From Octopus sinensis (lineage: Eukaryota), in assembly GCF_006345805.1 (NCBI RefSeq), contig NC_043001.1, positions 46,686,001 to 46,750,000 on the forward strand: DNA of 64,000 nucleotides. Reading direction: 5' to 3'. Below the pieces are notes generated by a model. It searched no databases, was not told where the DNA came from, and was given only the letters and a program-made list of their open reading frames with translations. The translations under genes and the position numbers were made by a program. Shown piece by piece: positions 13,726 to 27,344 of the stretch (within the stretch, counting starts at the first letter, position 1; each line of letters starts with the position of its first letter).

Positions 13726-14428
13726 CAGTGGTTCTCAACCAGGGCCCATATAAGACTTTTGGGGTCCACGCAGCAAAATAGTAAATTGGGGGTCCACAAC
13801 AGTAATTTAATGGCTCCTGCAAAACATTTGCTTTCGAGGTATGCATCGCAAGAAACAGCTAGGGCTTTTTCTCTAACATTGTGGTAAGAAGCTTGCTTAC
13901 CAACCACATGGTTCCAGGTTCATGCTCACTTCGTGACACCTTGGGCAAGTGTCTTCTACTATAGCCTCGGGCCGACCAAAGCCTTGTGAGTGGATTTGGT
14001 AGACGGAAACTGAAAGAAGCCCGTCGTATATATGTATATATGTATTTAGATGTATGCGTGTGTGTATGTTTGTGTGTCTGTGTTTGTCCCTCCAACATCG
14101 CTTGACAACCAATGGTGCTGTGTTTACGTCCCCGTAACTTAGCAGTTCGGCGAAAGAGACCGATAGAATAAGTATAAGTCCAAAGTATAAGTCCTGGGGT
14201 CGATTTACTCGACTAAAGGCGGTGCTCCAGCATGGCCACAGTCAAATGACTGAAACAAGTAAAAGAGAAAAGAGAGAGTAAGGAGTTCGACCTACACCAA
14301 AAACAAAATAGGAATTTTGGAAGAATATCTATAAAACTAGTTTTTACACATCGAATGAGTTTTGGGATCCACCAGAATAGCATCATAACTCAAGTGGTGC
14401 TTTGTTAAAAAATGGTTGAGGACCCTTG
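13726..14428. mobile_element. hAT (Charlie-like) MITE with a nested SINE
   Basis: TIRs CAGTGGTTCTCAACC and GGTTGAGGACCCTTG. 8-bp TSD TATTAGAT (13718-13725) and CATTAGAT (14429-14436). Confidence 0.8.
13879..14283 (+). mobile_element. SINE family A nested in the hAT MITE
   Basis: tRNA-like head with GGTTCCAGGTTCA, the CORE-like GTGACACCTTGGGCAAGT motif, and the family A tail. Confidence 0.9.
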
Positions 14429-14914
14429 CATTAGATGATGAGATTCTAGTACACGAAGCTCGAGTTTAATTTAGGAAACATAGTCAGGTCTTGAATGCCT
14501 TTGATCATACAATTACTATGTCTGGGTTGACCTGGGGTTAAACAACTGCTGCTGTGTAACCAACAATACCATCGCCGCTGGAATACACTCTTTCCGTTAT
14601 CAGGACGACGGCGATGACTACTACGACCGCGACCACCACTGTTACATCTCTGCCGCCGCCTCTAACCGCTGCCGCCACCGTTGTCGCCGCAGCCGCTGCC
14701 GTGCCGCCGCTGCCGTTGCCGCCGCTGCCGCCTCTGTCGCCGAACCGCTCCCCCACTCAGGCACCGCTGTCACTACAAAAACTATAACATAACCCACGGA
14801 TCTCACTATGGTTTCGGCACCTGGGCGGTACCATTCAATCCAGCGGTGTCTACAGCCCCAAAATAAGTGTTGTTTGGGAACAAACATACCTTAGATATCA
14901 CCACATTCATTCAT

Positions 14915-15272
14915 TCGTTTTGACTGTGGCCACGCTGGAGCACCGCCTTTAGTCGAGCAAGTCGACCCCAGGACTTATTCTTATTCTATCGGTCTCTTTT
15001 GCCGAACCGCTAAGTTACGGGGACGTAAACACACCAGCATCGGTTGTCAAGCGATGTTGGGGAGTCAAAACAGACACACAAGCACACACATATATACATA
15101 TATACAAGACAGGCTTCTTTCAGTTTCCGTCTACCAAATCCACTCACAAGGGTTTGGTCGGCCCGAGGCTATAGTAGAAGACACTTGCCCAAGGTACCAA
15201 GCAGTGGGACTGAACCCGGAACCATGTGGTACGTAAGCAAGCTACTTACCACACAGCCACTCCTACGCCTAT
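14915..15272 (-). mobile_element. SINE family A
   Basis: Reverse complement of the family A consensus, near full length. Confidence 0.9.
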
Positions 15273-15609
15273 ACTAGGAAGGATTAAATACTAACATTAT
15301 TAATTAAACTGCAACAAAGAAATACATTTATTCAGCAAATAAATAAATTCAATAAGTAAACCTATAACTAACTCCTAAATTATATAACTAAATAGCGACC
15401 ATCCTTTAAGTCCATACAGATAATATTCCCACCAGTCTTCCATAGCTATTAATATAAAAGCGAAACCTTTGTATTCTATTTTCTCCAAAACAAAACAAAA
15501 TCGATTGAATTTAACATGACTAATAATATACCTAATTCTGAGTAAATTACACTATTTCATAATCCCAAAGTTAATAATTAAAACACTACATACGTATTAA
15601 ATATTCGTA

Positions 15610-15644
<35 letters not shown>

Positions 15645-15693
15645 TATGTGTATATTGGTGTGTGGTAACATACATATATATATATAATATATA

Positions 15694-15738
<45 letters not shown>

Positions 15739-15849
15739 ATATATATATATAATGTATTTTATATTTCTTTTCGTAACATATTTCTACTATATAATATATA
15801 TATATAGATGCATGTATGTATATTTGTCACAACCATTCTCGTAACGTCT

Positions 15850-16200
15850 TACTAGATTACATTCCCTTCCAGCTACAGTACTTTAACACTCTTACAAGCA
15901 TCATCATTGGAGTAAACTTCAACATTAACAACGCCTGGTTTTCAAATAATACAGATAACGATTGAGCTGACGAAATGCCATCGCAAGTAGATTCATTTAT
16001 ATCTTAAACAAACAACACCAACACACATATACTTTACCAACTACAACTCTTCCCCAGACGTCAGCTTCTGCTCAACACACTTAAGCTACCCCGTTCACTT
16101 GGCAAGCAATTACCCAATTTTCCTCGGGCAGTCTATTGATTAGGATCTCAATACGATTTCATACATCAATGAAGAAAGTAAAAACTCTGGCAAATACAGA
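15850..16200 (+). pseudogene. Degenerate APE-type endonuclease fragment (I/Ingi/Jockey-like LINE)
   Basis: IIIGVNFNINNAWFS resembles the GDFN motif, and NSSPDVSFCS resembles SxxDL. Confidence 0.45.
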
Positions 16201-16382
16201 AAAAGGGCAATGAAACCAGTCATGGCTGTGGGGTTAAGGAGTACGCTTTTCAACTACGTGGTTTCAGGTTCAGTCCCACCACACAGCACCTTAGGCAAGT
16301 GTCTTCTACTATAGCTCAAATCGACCATTGACTTGTGAGTGAATTTGTTGACAGAAACTGTGTGGAAGCTCATAGTGTTTTT

Positions 16383-16418
<36 letters not shown>

Positions 16419-16492
16419 GGGTGAGTAGACACATTTATTGGAGTTACATGTATGGATCAAAACAGTTTGATTTAAACTCTTTGGGAGTCTGA

Positions 16493-16523
<31 letters not shown>

Positions 16524-16774
16524 ATGTGCGTGTGTGTGTCTGTATATTTGTGTGGAATGCTGGAATGCTTTCTGATCACAGGTCTGCTGGATCCAATCTA
16601 TTTGAGTCCGAACAACAGCAACTCTAACAACAACAACAACAAAACTTTAGAGCTGTGTATTCACTGCAAGTATGAAAGATGTCGTTGTACATTGATCAAA
16701 ACACCCCGACATCAGCTGCTGGTAATTAAAATAGTTAACATACACACATGCACGCTTGCACATGCACATACACA

Positions 16775-16805
<31 letters not shown>

Positions 16806-17049
16806 CACTGATTCACTCTCTCACAAAGACATATTCACTCACTCACTCAAACACACACGCACACACATACATACATACATACATACATACATACATACAT
16901 ACATACATACATACATACATACATACGGGATAACAGTTTCGTAAACACAGTTATCTGGGATAAAAAAAAATACTCCGGAAACTACAATTGAGATCCTCTC
17001 TCTATGTGAAAATATAATTGTCAAAAGTCTAATTAAAACGCAATTAGTC

Positions 17050-17850
17050 ACTGCCTACCTATCTATCAAACCAACGATCCAACCTCCATACCAACTAATC
17101 AAGCAACCCATCAACGAATACTATATACCTACTTATCTGCCCTTCTATCCACATATCAGTTAACCAACCTATCTAATAAACTACTTACCAATCGATCTAT
17201 CAATCAACCAATCAATCAACCAACCAACCTACCAACATACAAACCTGCCAATCAACTACCAATCAGCCCATCTACCAATCAACTGGCCAACTAATTTGTC
17301 AACCTACTACCAACTAATCGACTATCCCATCTACCAACGCCAACTACTAACTTACCTCCCTATAAGGCAATCTGTTTACCAAACAATTTACCAAACCAAT
17401 ATAACGTACCTACCCATCTACCAACCTATCTAGCCACTTATCGGCCAACCGACTTATTAACTAACCATCCTCCTTATCTACCAACTACCAACTTAACGGC
17501 CAACCAACTACCTACCAACTAACCATCCTCCCTACCTAGCAACCGACCTACAAACCTATCTTCGTGCCAAGCAACTTTTATATCAAACAGTCGACAACTT
17601 ATAAATCAATCAATCAATCAAGCAAGCAAGCAATCAATGGACTTACCTATATACCAACTTACCAACCAACCGACCCGCCAACTTGCTTACCAATCAGCCT
17701 ATCTAATAACTACCCAACCATCTTACAAAATTGTAGCTAGCATATTATGATCATACCTATTGGTATACCTTCCTACCGATCTATGAAGTAATCTACAAAC
17801 CTGCTAGCCTGTCAACCTATCTATTAAAACACTTGATTAAATAAGCCACC
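17050..17850. repeat. Diverged CCAA/CTAT/CTAC tetranucleotide-derived low-complexity tract
   Basis: G-depleted plus strand built from ACCA/ATCA/CCTA variants. Confidence 0.75.
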
Positions 17851-17999
17851 AACCATAACACGCCATGGTTCGTATACACTCCTCCAACAACTTCATTTAG
17901 ACACACACCTTCACACCCATAACTTAACACACATACACACACACAGATCCACCCACCGTTTCATTTGTCCTCGCCACTGTACAAATTCTTTTATCATTC

Positions 18000-19320
18000 A
18001 TCACACCGCCACCAATCAATGTGACAAACACCATCGTCACCACCAACAACATCACCAACATCTCCACCACCACCACCAACAACAACAACAACACCCTCAC
18101 CAGCACCACCACTACTACCACCACTACCAACAACACCACCCTCGCCCCCTCACCACCACCACCACCACCACCAGCAACATCCCTACGAACACCACCATTC
18201 AAATTCTAATATGAAAACCATCAACGCCTAATTCAAAATATTGTCACATTTCACCGTCTTAGGAGACGTTAAATAATGCTGTCCTGGGTTACTTTCCACA
18301 CAGGAAAAAGGTGAGATGGTCACAGCTGGAATGCCGTTGCTCGCTCAGAGATAACCTGGAGTTTAAACAAAAACGGCCGCAATAACAAGAACAAGAGCCC
18401 ATTACTTCCAACTCTGCAGATATTCAACATCGTCATCACTTTGAAACCCACTACCACCATCACAACTACTAATACTGTTTCCTATATACCACCACCACAA
18501 CCACCGCCACTACTATGACTATCACTTCCACCTTCGTCGCTACCACCACCACCGCCAACATCACCAACATCACCAACAACGTCATCACCGCCAACATCAT
18601 CACCGTCACCACCGCCACTACTGCCACCACCATCACCAACATCAACCCCCCCCCCCACACACACGCTATCAACACCATCGAAGCCACCACACCGTCGCTG
18701 CTAGTACCACCGCTGTTACCACCACCACCACTTCCACCATCACCACGGCCGCCGCCACCACCACCGCCGCCGCCGCCACCACCACCGCCGCCGCCGCCAC
18801 CCTCAACACCACCACCACCACCACCAAGCCCTTGAAACAAAGGGTGATGCATTGTTCATTTTATAGAGTAGTAGTAATAGTAGTAGTAGTAGCAGCATTA
18901 GTAGTAGTAGCAGCAGCATTATTAGTAGTAGCAGCATTAGTAGTAGTAGTAGTCGTAGTAGTCGTGGTAGTCGTAGTAGTAGTAGTCGCAGTAGTCGTCG
19001 TCGTAGTAGTATTAGAAGTAGTAGTTGTTGTAGTGTAGAGTAGTAGTAGCGCGCAGTAATAGAGTAGCAGTTAGTGTAGTAGTAGTAGTCGTAGTATTAG
19101 TAGTATTAGTAGTAGTCGCAGTAGTCATCGTCGTCGTCGTAGTAGTAGTAGTAGTAGTAGTAGCAGCAGCAGCATTAGTAGTAGTAGTAGTAGTAGTAGT
19201 AGTAATAATAGTAGTAGTAGTAGTAGCAGTAGTAGTAGTAGTAGTAGTAGCAGCAGCAGCATTAGCAGTAGCAGTAGCAGTAGCAGTAGTAGTAGTAGTA
19301 GTAGCAGCAGCAGCAAAAGC
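18000..19320. repeat. Trinucleotide tracts (ACC/GCC, then GTA/GCA)
   Basis: Directly visible. The repeat strand polarity flips at about 18835-18865. Confidence 0.9.
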
Positions 19321-19907
19321 GAAAGAGGGGCATTAGGAGGAGGAAAAACAGGGAGAAAATAATGAAAGTGGTAGTGTTTTAGTTATTAATGGTGGTGGTG
19401 GGTGTAGGGTGAGGCAAGGGAGATATCGTTTCTCGGAGTGGTGAGGTGTTCATTGGAGAAGGTGACGGGGGCTTAAGGGTGGGTGGGATGTTAGAATTGA
19501 AAAAAAAAATTGTCAGAAAGACATGTGGGTTGGGAAAGGCAACGGGTTTGGGCGGGGTTGGTGTCTGAATTTCCTTTGATCTTAGTTTTTCGTTCGCCGA
19601 TAATAATACTAATAAAAGAATTAAAAATAGAAATTATAAATAATTAAATAAAAAGAGTATAATAAAGGAAAAGAAAAAAAATGCATTGACAAATTGATTA
19701 AAAAAAATAGGAAATGAAATATGAGAACGAATTTATTTTAAGAAACTGCCAAATATTTCCTTCACAACCATTATTAACACTACCAACATGATGATGATGA
19801 TGATGATGATGATGATATGATGATAATGGTAGTGGTAGTGGTGTTGAGGGTGAAGATGAATTTGATGGTAGCAATTATTATTACCATCATCATCACGATT
19901 ATTATCA

Positions 19908-19976
<69 letters not shown>

Positions 19977-20019
19977 GGTAATTGTCTGTGTTATTTTTGT
20001 CACCAAAATTATTATCAAT

Positions 20020-21200
20020 AACGGCATAGCTTCTGCGAACTAAGGCGGGAAAAATGCTTAGCGCCATTTTTCTTTTCCGACATAACGTTCTGAGTTCAAA
20101 CAGCCGTGGTCCACTTTGCCTTTCATCCTTTCCGAGTCGTACCAGCTGAATAAGTAGCAGCCGAACACTGGGATCGATGTAATCGACTTACCCCTTCCTC
20201 AAAATTACTGGCCAGTTTCCAAAATTTGAAGCCATTATCTCTTAATATACACTTAGGCCAAATGCGTTACTCTGTCACATGGTTAGTTGAAGGGAGGGGT
20301 GAAGTGCGGGAGAAAATGAAAGAGAGAGAAGTGTAGACAACGTGGTGGTGAATAGATAGTGAAAAGTCAGCAATTAAGGGACATGTTCAACTGACAAGCA
20401 CATCTGCGGTATAACCCATCTTTTAAAAATAAATAAATGCGCCCTTTTAAATCCTAGCCAAGCTCATGGGCCCGGTTTCTCGGTTTCAATGGCGTATGTG
20501 TTCCCCAGCTGGACGGGACGCCAGTTCATCGCAGCGTTACTCATTTTAGCCAGCTGAGTGGACTGGAGCAACGTGAAATGAAGTGTTTTGCTCAAGAACA
20601 CAACGCGTCGCCCGGTCCAGGAATCGAAACCACAATCTTACGATCATGATGCTGATACCCTAACCACTAAGCCACGCGCCTCCACAACCCATCTTTTACA
20701 CTAAGACAAAACATGAAGATGCTAATACTTCCAGTCAGTTAAGATCAGACGCCATGTGAGCCACTGCCTGGTACTGCATCAGGGTATTGGCACGCCGGGC
20801 GAAATTCTTAGCGGCATGTCGTCCATCGCTACGTTCTGAGTTCAAATTCCGCCGAGGTTGACTTTGTCTTTCATCCTTTCGTAATCGATGAAAAAGGTAG
20901 TGGTCGAGTTCTGGGGTCGATGTAATCGACTATCCCCACTCCCTAATTTCAAGTGTTGTGCCTATAGTAGAAAGGACCATTGTTATTATTAAGGCGGCGA
21001 GCTGGCAGAATCATTAGCACGCCAGACAAAATGCTTAGTGTAATTTTGTCCGTCTGTACATTCTGAGTTCAAATTCCGCAGAGATTGATCTTACATTTCA
21101 TCTTTTCGGGGTCGATAGAGTAAGTACCAGTTGAGTACTGAGGTCGATGTTATCAAGTTATGTCCTCCTCCAAAATTGCTGGCCTTGGGCCAAAATTTGA
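20020..21200 (+). mobile_element. Cluster of three SINE family B copies (about 20020-20235, 20788-20975, 20992-21200)
   Basis: Each has CGTTCTGAGTTCAAA or a close variant (B-box), the TTTCATC core and a GTCGATGTAATCGAC-like 3' part. Confidence 0.8.
20426..20685 (-). mobile_element. SINE family C (MetaSINE-like), full length, nested in a family D fragment
   Basis: A-box TGGCTTAGTGG, B-box GTTTCGATTCC, core TTGTGTTCTTGAGCAAAACACTT and an (ATTT)n tail. 13-bp TSD AACCCATCTTTTA at 20413-20425 and 20686-20698. Confidence 0.85.
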
Positions 21201-21225
21201 AATCATCATCATCATAATTATTATT

Positions 21226-21562
21226 AAGTGACACAGGGATGCAAATATACGAAGCCTAATATGCCCACCCTGACTACCCGTCTGATAAGGGTAGACCAGG
21301 CACATGCATCACAACTATATGTGCGCGACATGGTGATTTCATATCATGATAAACAGCGCATGACCTCACAGGTGGGGCCTAGTTAGAATTTTCTTCAGGT
21401 AGAGTAACCCATCTCACTCAAAAGGTCCCTGAATAAGAGTTGTTTAAGGTTGTTGAACAAAACACCCATGTTTCCAGAAGTGAATCATTCAACCCCCCCC
21501 CCCCAAAAAAAAAGAATTCCTCTCAACACATAGCTATGATGCTCCCCCACTACTTATGCTCG
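21226..21562 (-). mobile_element. Family D element, partial
   Basis: Reverse complement of the 3' part of 57419-57965. Confidence 0.8.
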
Positions 21563-21751
21563 AACGATTCTTGGACCAACTAAAGATCTCTGGACTAACT
21601 AAAGATCCTCAGCATCATTCGAAAGAAAATTATCCAAAGATACGGTGAAATTATGTTAATTTAGTTATTCATAAGCTTTGGCAACGCCGAGGTTTCCTGA
21701 CGGTGATTAATAATTTTTATACATACATACATACATACATACATACATACA

Positions 21752-21785
<34 letters not shown>

Positions 21786-21786
21786 C

Positions 21787-23200
21787 AACAGTCAATGATT
21801 TGACTGTTTCCCCTGTATCTGACGAAGAATGTTACAGGTATCTAGGGGTGGATGAAAATATATCTTACAATGACACCTCTAACAAAACACGTGTCACTGA
21901 AGAATATTACAGCCGAACAAAGAAAATTTGGACCGCAGAACTCTCTACATTCAATAAAACAGTGGCCTACAATGTGTTTACAGTGCCAGTAATCATACCA
22001 ACATCTGTGCTGCTTGATTGGACGCTTGATGAGATCCGAGCCATTAATGTAAAAACCTGAAAAATACTAACAAGCACACATAATTTCCACGTAAATAGTG
22101 ACATAACCGCCACTACCTAAAACGAAAACAAGGCAGCAGAGGCTTAACATCGATCCAAAATACCTTTGAATGTTGCATCATATTCTTTCGGTAACATCTT
22201 TCAAACACCAAATGTCGAAGTGCAGCCCTTGACCAAGTTTGCATACATGAGGCTGATAACACCATAAGACTTGGAAGGCAGCTCCTTGAGCAACATTCTT
22301 TGATAACCTAGAATACATGCCCAAAGAAGTCGCACGACTCTACCGCAGAGCATCATCAGATGAAAGGATGAGCCTATATCAGCAGAATCCTATGCACGGA
22401 TATGTTAGTAGAAAGCTCCGTGATGATAGTAATATCGATCATTAAAGCAGTTTATCATGGATCAATAGCTGGATTGCTCACTTTGAAGGGTATGCGTTTG
22501 CAATAGAGGAACAGGGAATATCAACCGAGTACCTGGTGCACAAAAAGGATACAGATGCAGAAAAAGCAGTAATATGTGACAACCGTTGCAGACTTTGTGG
22601 GGTTAACACCGGAGATATCACCCACATCATAAGCAGTTCTCCGAAAATGTCATCATGACGTTGTAGCTAGGACACTCTGTAATGAAATCTGTCGGAAGGA
22701 TAATGCTGAGGACAAAGAAATAAAAACACACAATATGGTAGACGCCATAGCCACTCATAATAAAAAGGAATACTGGTGGAATGTCCAAGTAGAAACGTCA
22801 ATAAAAGGTTAGTAGAAAAGAACTGATATGATGATTTGGGATAGAGAAGAGAGAGACTGTGTACAGTTGCAGAAATTAGTTGCTCAGCGGATGTTAGCAT
22901 AAAGCTGAAGATCAGTGAAAAAGATAACACCTATGTCGAACTATTAAGAAATCTGGAGTTACTCTATCCAGATTACCTGTAATTATTGGGGCCTTCGAAT
23001 ATTTAACACACTGCCTAAATTCCAATCTTGAGAAATTAGGTTTCTCAAAATCAGAAAATAGAAAGCTAATTCGAAGACTACAGATCCGATCCATCACTGG
23101 AACTGTAAAAATCTGTAAAAACTTTCCAGAAGTTTATCATTTAAATATATATGAGCATATCTAGATATGTAACCATATGCAAGAGAATGCATACATAAAA
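21787..23200 (+). pseudogene. 5'-truncated R4/Dong-like non-LTR retrotransposon (RT thumb, CCHC finger, REL endonuclease) in (TACA)n
   Basis: YRYLGVDENI..EEYYSRTKKIWTAELSTFNKTVAYNVF..WTLDEIRAINVKT, later CRLC..DITHIISS, then the REL domain. Frameshifts and stops are present. Paralogous to 47742-49157. Confidence 0.85.
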
Positions 23201-23519
23201 CATACAAATGTGCACATACATACATTCATACATACATACATGCACACATAAAATCATACATAATGTATACATACGTACGTACATGCATACATACATACAT
23301 ACATTCATACATATACACAAACCTATATATATATGCATGTATTTGTATGTATGTATGTATTTATGTACGTACGTACGTATGTATGTATGTATGTATGTAT
23401 GTATGTATGTATGTATGTATGCGTGCATGCATGCATGTATGCATGTATGTGTGTATGTATGCATTTGTGTGCATTATAGATTCGCCAGTTGCTGGTACGT
23501 ATGGTATGTATGTATGTAT

Positions 23520-23725
23520 AATCTCTCCTTCTCACTGATTATTTCTATTTCTCACCTCTTCTTTGCTTCTCCTTTTCTTATGATGAAGAACAAACATCTG
23601 AAACGTTGTGACATTATCTCTTGCCATTAAAAAAACTGCTGCTTCTTTATTTGTAAAATATTGCCCTTACGTGTTGTCTCTTTTATTGTTCATCGTATTT
23701 ATACTATCTGTGTGCCTCTTCTTTC
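23520..23725 (+). mobile_element. Penelope-like remnant with a degenerate hammerhead
   Basis: ATGATGA-AGAACAAACATCT-GAAACGTT at 23580-23607, between microsatellites. Confidence 0.4.
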
Positions 23726-23729
23726 ACAC

Positions 23730-23754
23730 ACACTTATATATGCATATATATATA

Positions 23755-23801
<47 letters not shown>

Positions 23802-23947
23802 AATATATGTGTATATATATACACACACAACATGTGTGTTTGTTTGTGTGTGTAAGTATGTATGTATGTATATTATATGTCTGTGTGTGTAATATATGAT
23901 AAATAATTGCACACACACACCACACACCACACACACATATTATATAT

Positions 23948-23995
<48 letters not shown>

Positions 23996-24100
23996 TTGCA
24001 TACGTGCGCGTGTGTGTATGTATATATGTGTGCGTGTGTACATATATATGTGTGTATATATATATCATATATATACGGATATATAAAGTATGTATGTATG

Positions 24101-24142
<42 letters not shown>

Positions 24143-24778
24143 AGAGAGGAGAAAGAAAGAAAGAAAGAAAAAGAAATGATTGGTTCTTAATATCGACTTA
24201 GATTATACGTAAAACTCTCTCAAATACGTGCATGCCCACATACACACACGCTCACACACACACACACGCACACACACACACACACACACACGTACACACA
24301 CACACATAATACACACGCGCACACATACACGCACGCATTAATTTTGTGGCGTGAGATTTTGTGAGAGTGAATAATAAACGTTTCCGCATGAACATACTCC
24401 TATGTACTTTTACACTTCAAAAAGCATACACATATGTATATATGCACGAGTGTATACGTCTGCTTGTGGGGTATATTTGCTCTGTGTGTGTGTGTCTGTA
24501 CAATCGCGTTATGTTTCGCGTGCGCGCATGTATATATTTGTATGAGTGCGTGTATGTGTGTGTAAGCGTGTGTGTGTACGCGTGTGTGTGTACACGTGTG
24601 TGTGCATGTGTGTTAATAATCCTATACTTATCTATTATTTATATTATAAACACCTCTTTTATCTATTTTCAGAAATGACTAACCTACTATTCTCCCTCTA
24701 TACACTCACACACAAACACATATATATAATCATATGTATCATATAACATATTCATACATACGTATATACATATTTTCC

Positions 24779-24811
<33 letters not shown>

Positions 24812-24940
24812 ATATATATATCATATATATTATATATATATATATCATATAGTATATATATCTATATAATATATATATATATAATATATATATATATATA
24901 ATATATATATATATATATGATATATATGATCTATATATAT

Positions 24941-24994
<54 letters not shown>

Positions 24995-25473
24995 TATCTA
25001 TATATGTATATATATATATATATGATATATATAAATATTATATATATATATGTATGTATGTATATATGTGTGTGTGTGTGTGTGGTGGTGTGTGTGTGTT
25101 TGTGTACGAATGTATGACTATGGGTGCATGTAGATATAGCTTATTATTTGCAATTTACATTATGTATATTTTATTTTCATGTTTTCAATAAATATTTCCC
25201 TTTGTTGTTTCAAGTCTTATCTGTATCATCATAATGCACACATACAGATTTTGTCTCAACATAGACATATGTATACACACGTGCACGCTCATACACACGT
25301 ACAGACGCACTTACACGCACTCCTTTACACGCAGGTACGCGCACACTCCATCTCTGTCTGTCTGTCTCTCTCTGTTTCTTTACTTACAAGCATTCACACA
25401 TTTACTGATGTTTTCATATGTGCGTATAAAAAAAAATATAGAGTAAAACAATGACACACATATACGCCTTGTA

Positions 25474-25525
<52 letters not shown>

Positions 25526-25538
25526 ATCTATCTATCTA

Positions 25539-25573
<35 letters not shown>

Positions 25574-25690
25574 ATCTATCTATCTATCTATCTATCTTAT
25601 TTTCTATCTAACTAACTATCATCTATCTATCTATCTATCTATCTATCTACTAGCTAACTACTACTATCTATCTATCTATCTATATCTATC

Positions 25691-25727
<37 letters not shown>

Positions 25728-25751
25728 ATCTATCTATCTGTCTGTTTTCTG

Positions 25752-25797
<46 letters not shown>

Positions 25798-26115
25798 GAT
25801 CTATCTATATATCTATCTATCTATCATCTGTCTGTCTATATATATCTTCTATCTATTCATTTATATATATATATTAATATATATATATAAATACTTATAT
25901 ATGTATATAGGTGTGAGTGCCTATGTGTATATATCCATGTATGTATATACATGTATGTGTATATATATATATATATGTATATATGTAGATATCTATGTAT
26001 TATGTTTGCATGTACCCATGTTTGTATGTATGTGTGTATGCATGTCATTTCAAACACGCATATACGAACACAAACGTAAACACACACACTCACACACCAC
26101 ACACACACACACATA

Positions 26116-26155
<40 letters not shown>

Positions 26156-26989
26156 CATATACACACATGTAGGCACTAACACAACACATACAACACGTGC
26201 TCAACAAACTTACACAACACGACTACATTCACACACACAGTCACACCCAAATACACACATACACACACATAGACACGCATACACATATGCATACGCATAC
26301 ACGCACATACACGCACATTTAAACACTCTCAGGCACACACATGCACACATATACACGCACATGCACATATACACACAATAACACACGCATGCACATATAC
26401 ACCAACTCATGCAAACTTATGCACACATACACACATTCACACTCATATTTCACTCTTACGCACACTCTTACTTTCACACCCGCATTTACACTAACCCCAC
26501 ACACTCAATCACACAAGCACACACATGCACACACGCTTAGTCACATACACACATACATGCACACACCTCAAGCAAGATGACACCTCCAATCAAGCGGCGG
26601 TAAGATCAAAGGAGTCATCAGTCTGAAAAGTTGAATTGATAACGAACTCAGCAAAATATGGATTTTAGTTGGGGTGAGGCATGGTAGGTGAGGGGTGGAA
26701 GGGGGGGGACTAGGTTTGGTATGTTTGAGGGGTGAGGTTCGTGGGTTAAAGGGGTGAATATAAAGGGTATAGAGTTGGGTGTTGTAATGTAACACTTTCA
26801 ATTAATCACTCCCTTTCTTCTCCTCCTCCACCTCCTCCTCCTATTACTACTGCTACAGCTACTATCACCACCACCACCACCACTACTACTACTACTTCTG
26901 CTACTACTACTACTATCACCACCACCACCACCACTATCTCAACCACCACCACCGCTACCACCACCGCTACCACCACCACTACCACCACC

Positions 26990-27036
<47 letters not shown>

Positions 27037-27290
27037 CACCACTACCACCACCACTGCTACTACTACTACCACCACCACCACCACTACCACCACCACCATT
27101 ACTACTACTACCACCACCACCACACCACCACCACTACTACTACTACTATCACCACTACTACTACTACTGTAGTAGCAGTTGCAGGAGCAGCAACAACAAC
27201 AACGGTTAAAGTATCTAATATATTAACAATATTGATGACTATATCATCCAACAATAGCAATAACAACAACAACATCTTCATGAGCAACAT
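23730..27290. repeat. Mostly compound microsatellites (TA, CA, TATC, TACA, CAC/TAC)
   Basis: Directly visible. Confidence 0.9.
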
Positions 27291-27344
27291 TAGTTAATCA
27301 ATGAACCACAAAACGGTACCCCAGTATGGCCGTAATTCAATATA

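Noticed and set aside
13859-14112. Recurrent peptides such as DGLLSVSVYQIHSQGFGRPEAIVEDTCPRC suggesting a gene family
   Set aside because: These are antisense translations of SINE family A copies.
14600-14890. CpG island or promoter
   Set aside because: The GC content comes from a (GCC)n-type microsatellite, and no linked exon is evident.
20610-20686. tRNA gene
   Set aside because: It has A and B boxes but continues into a SINE body with a tail and TSD. It is a SINE head, as are the other tRNA-like sequences here.
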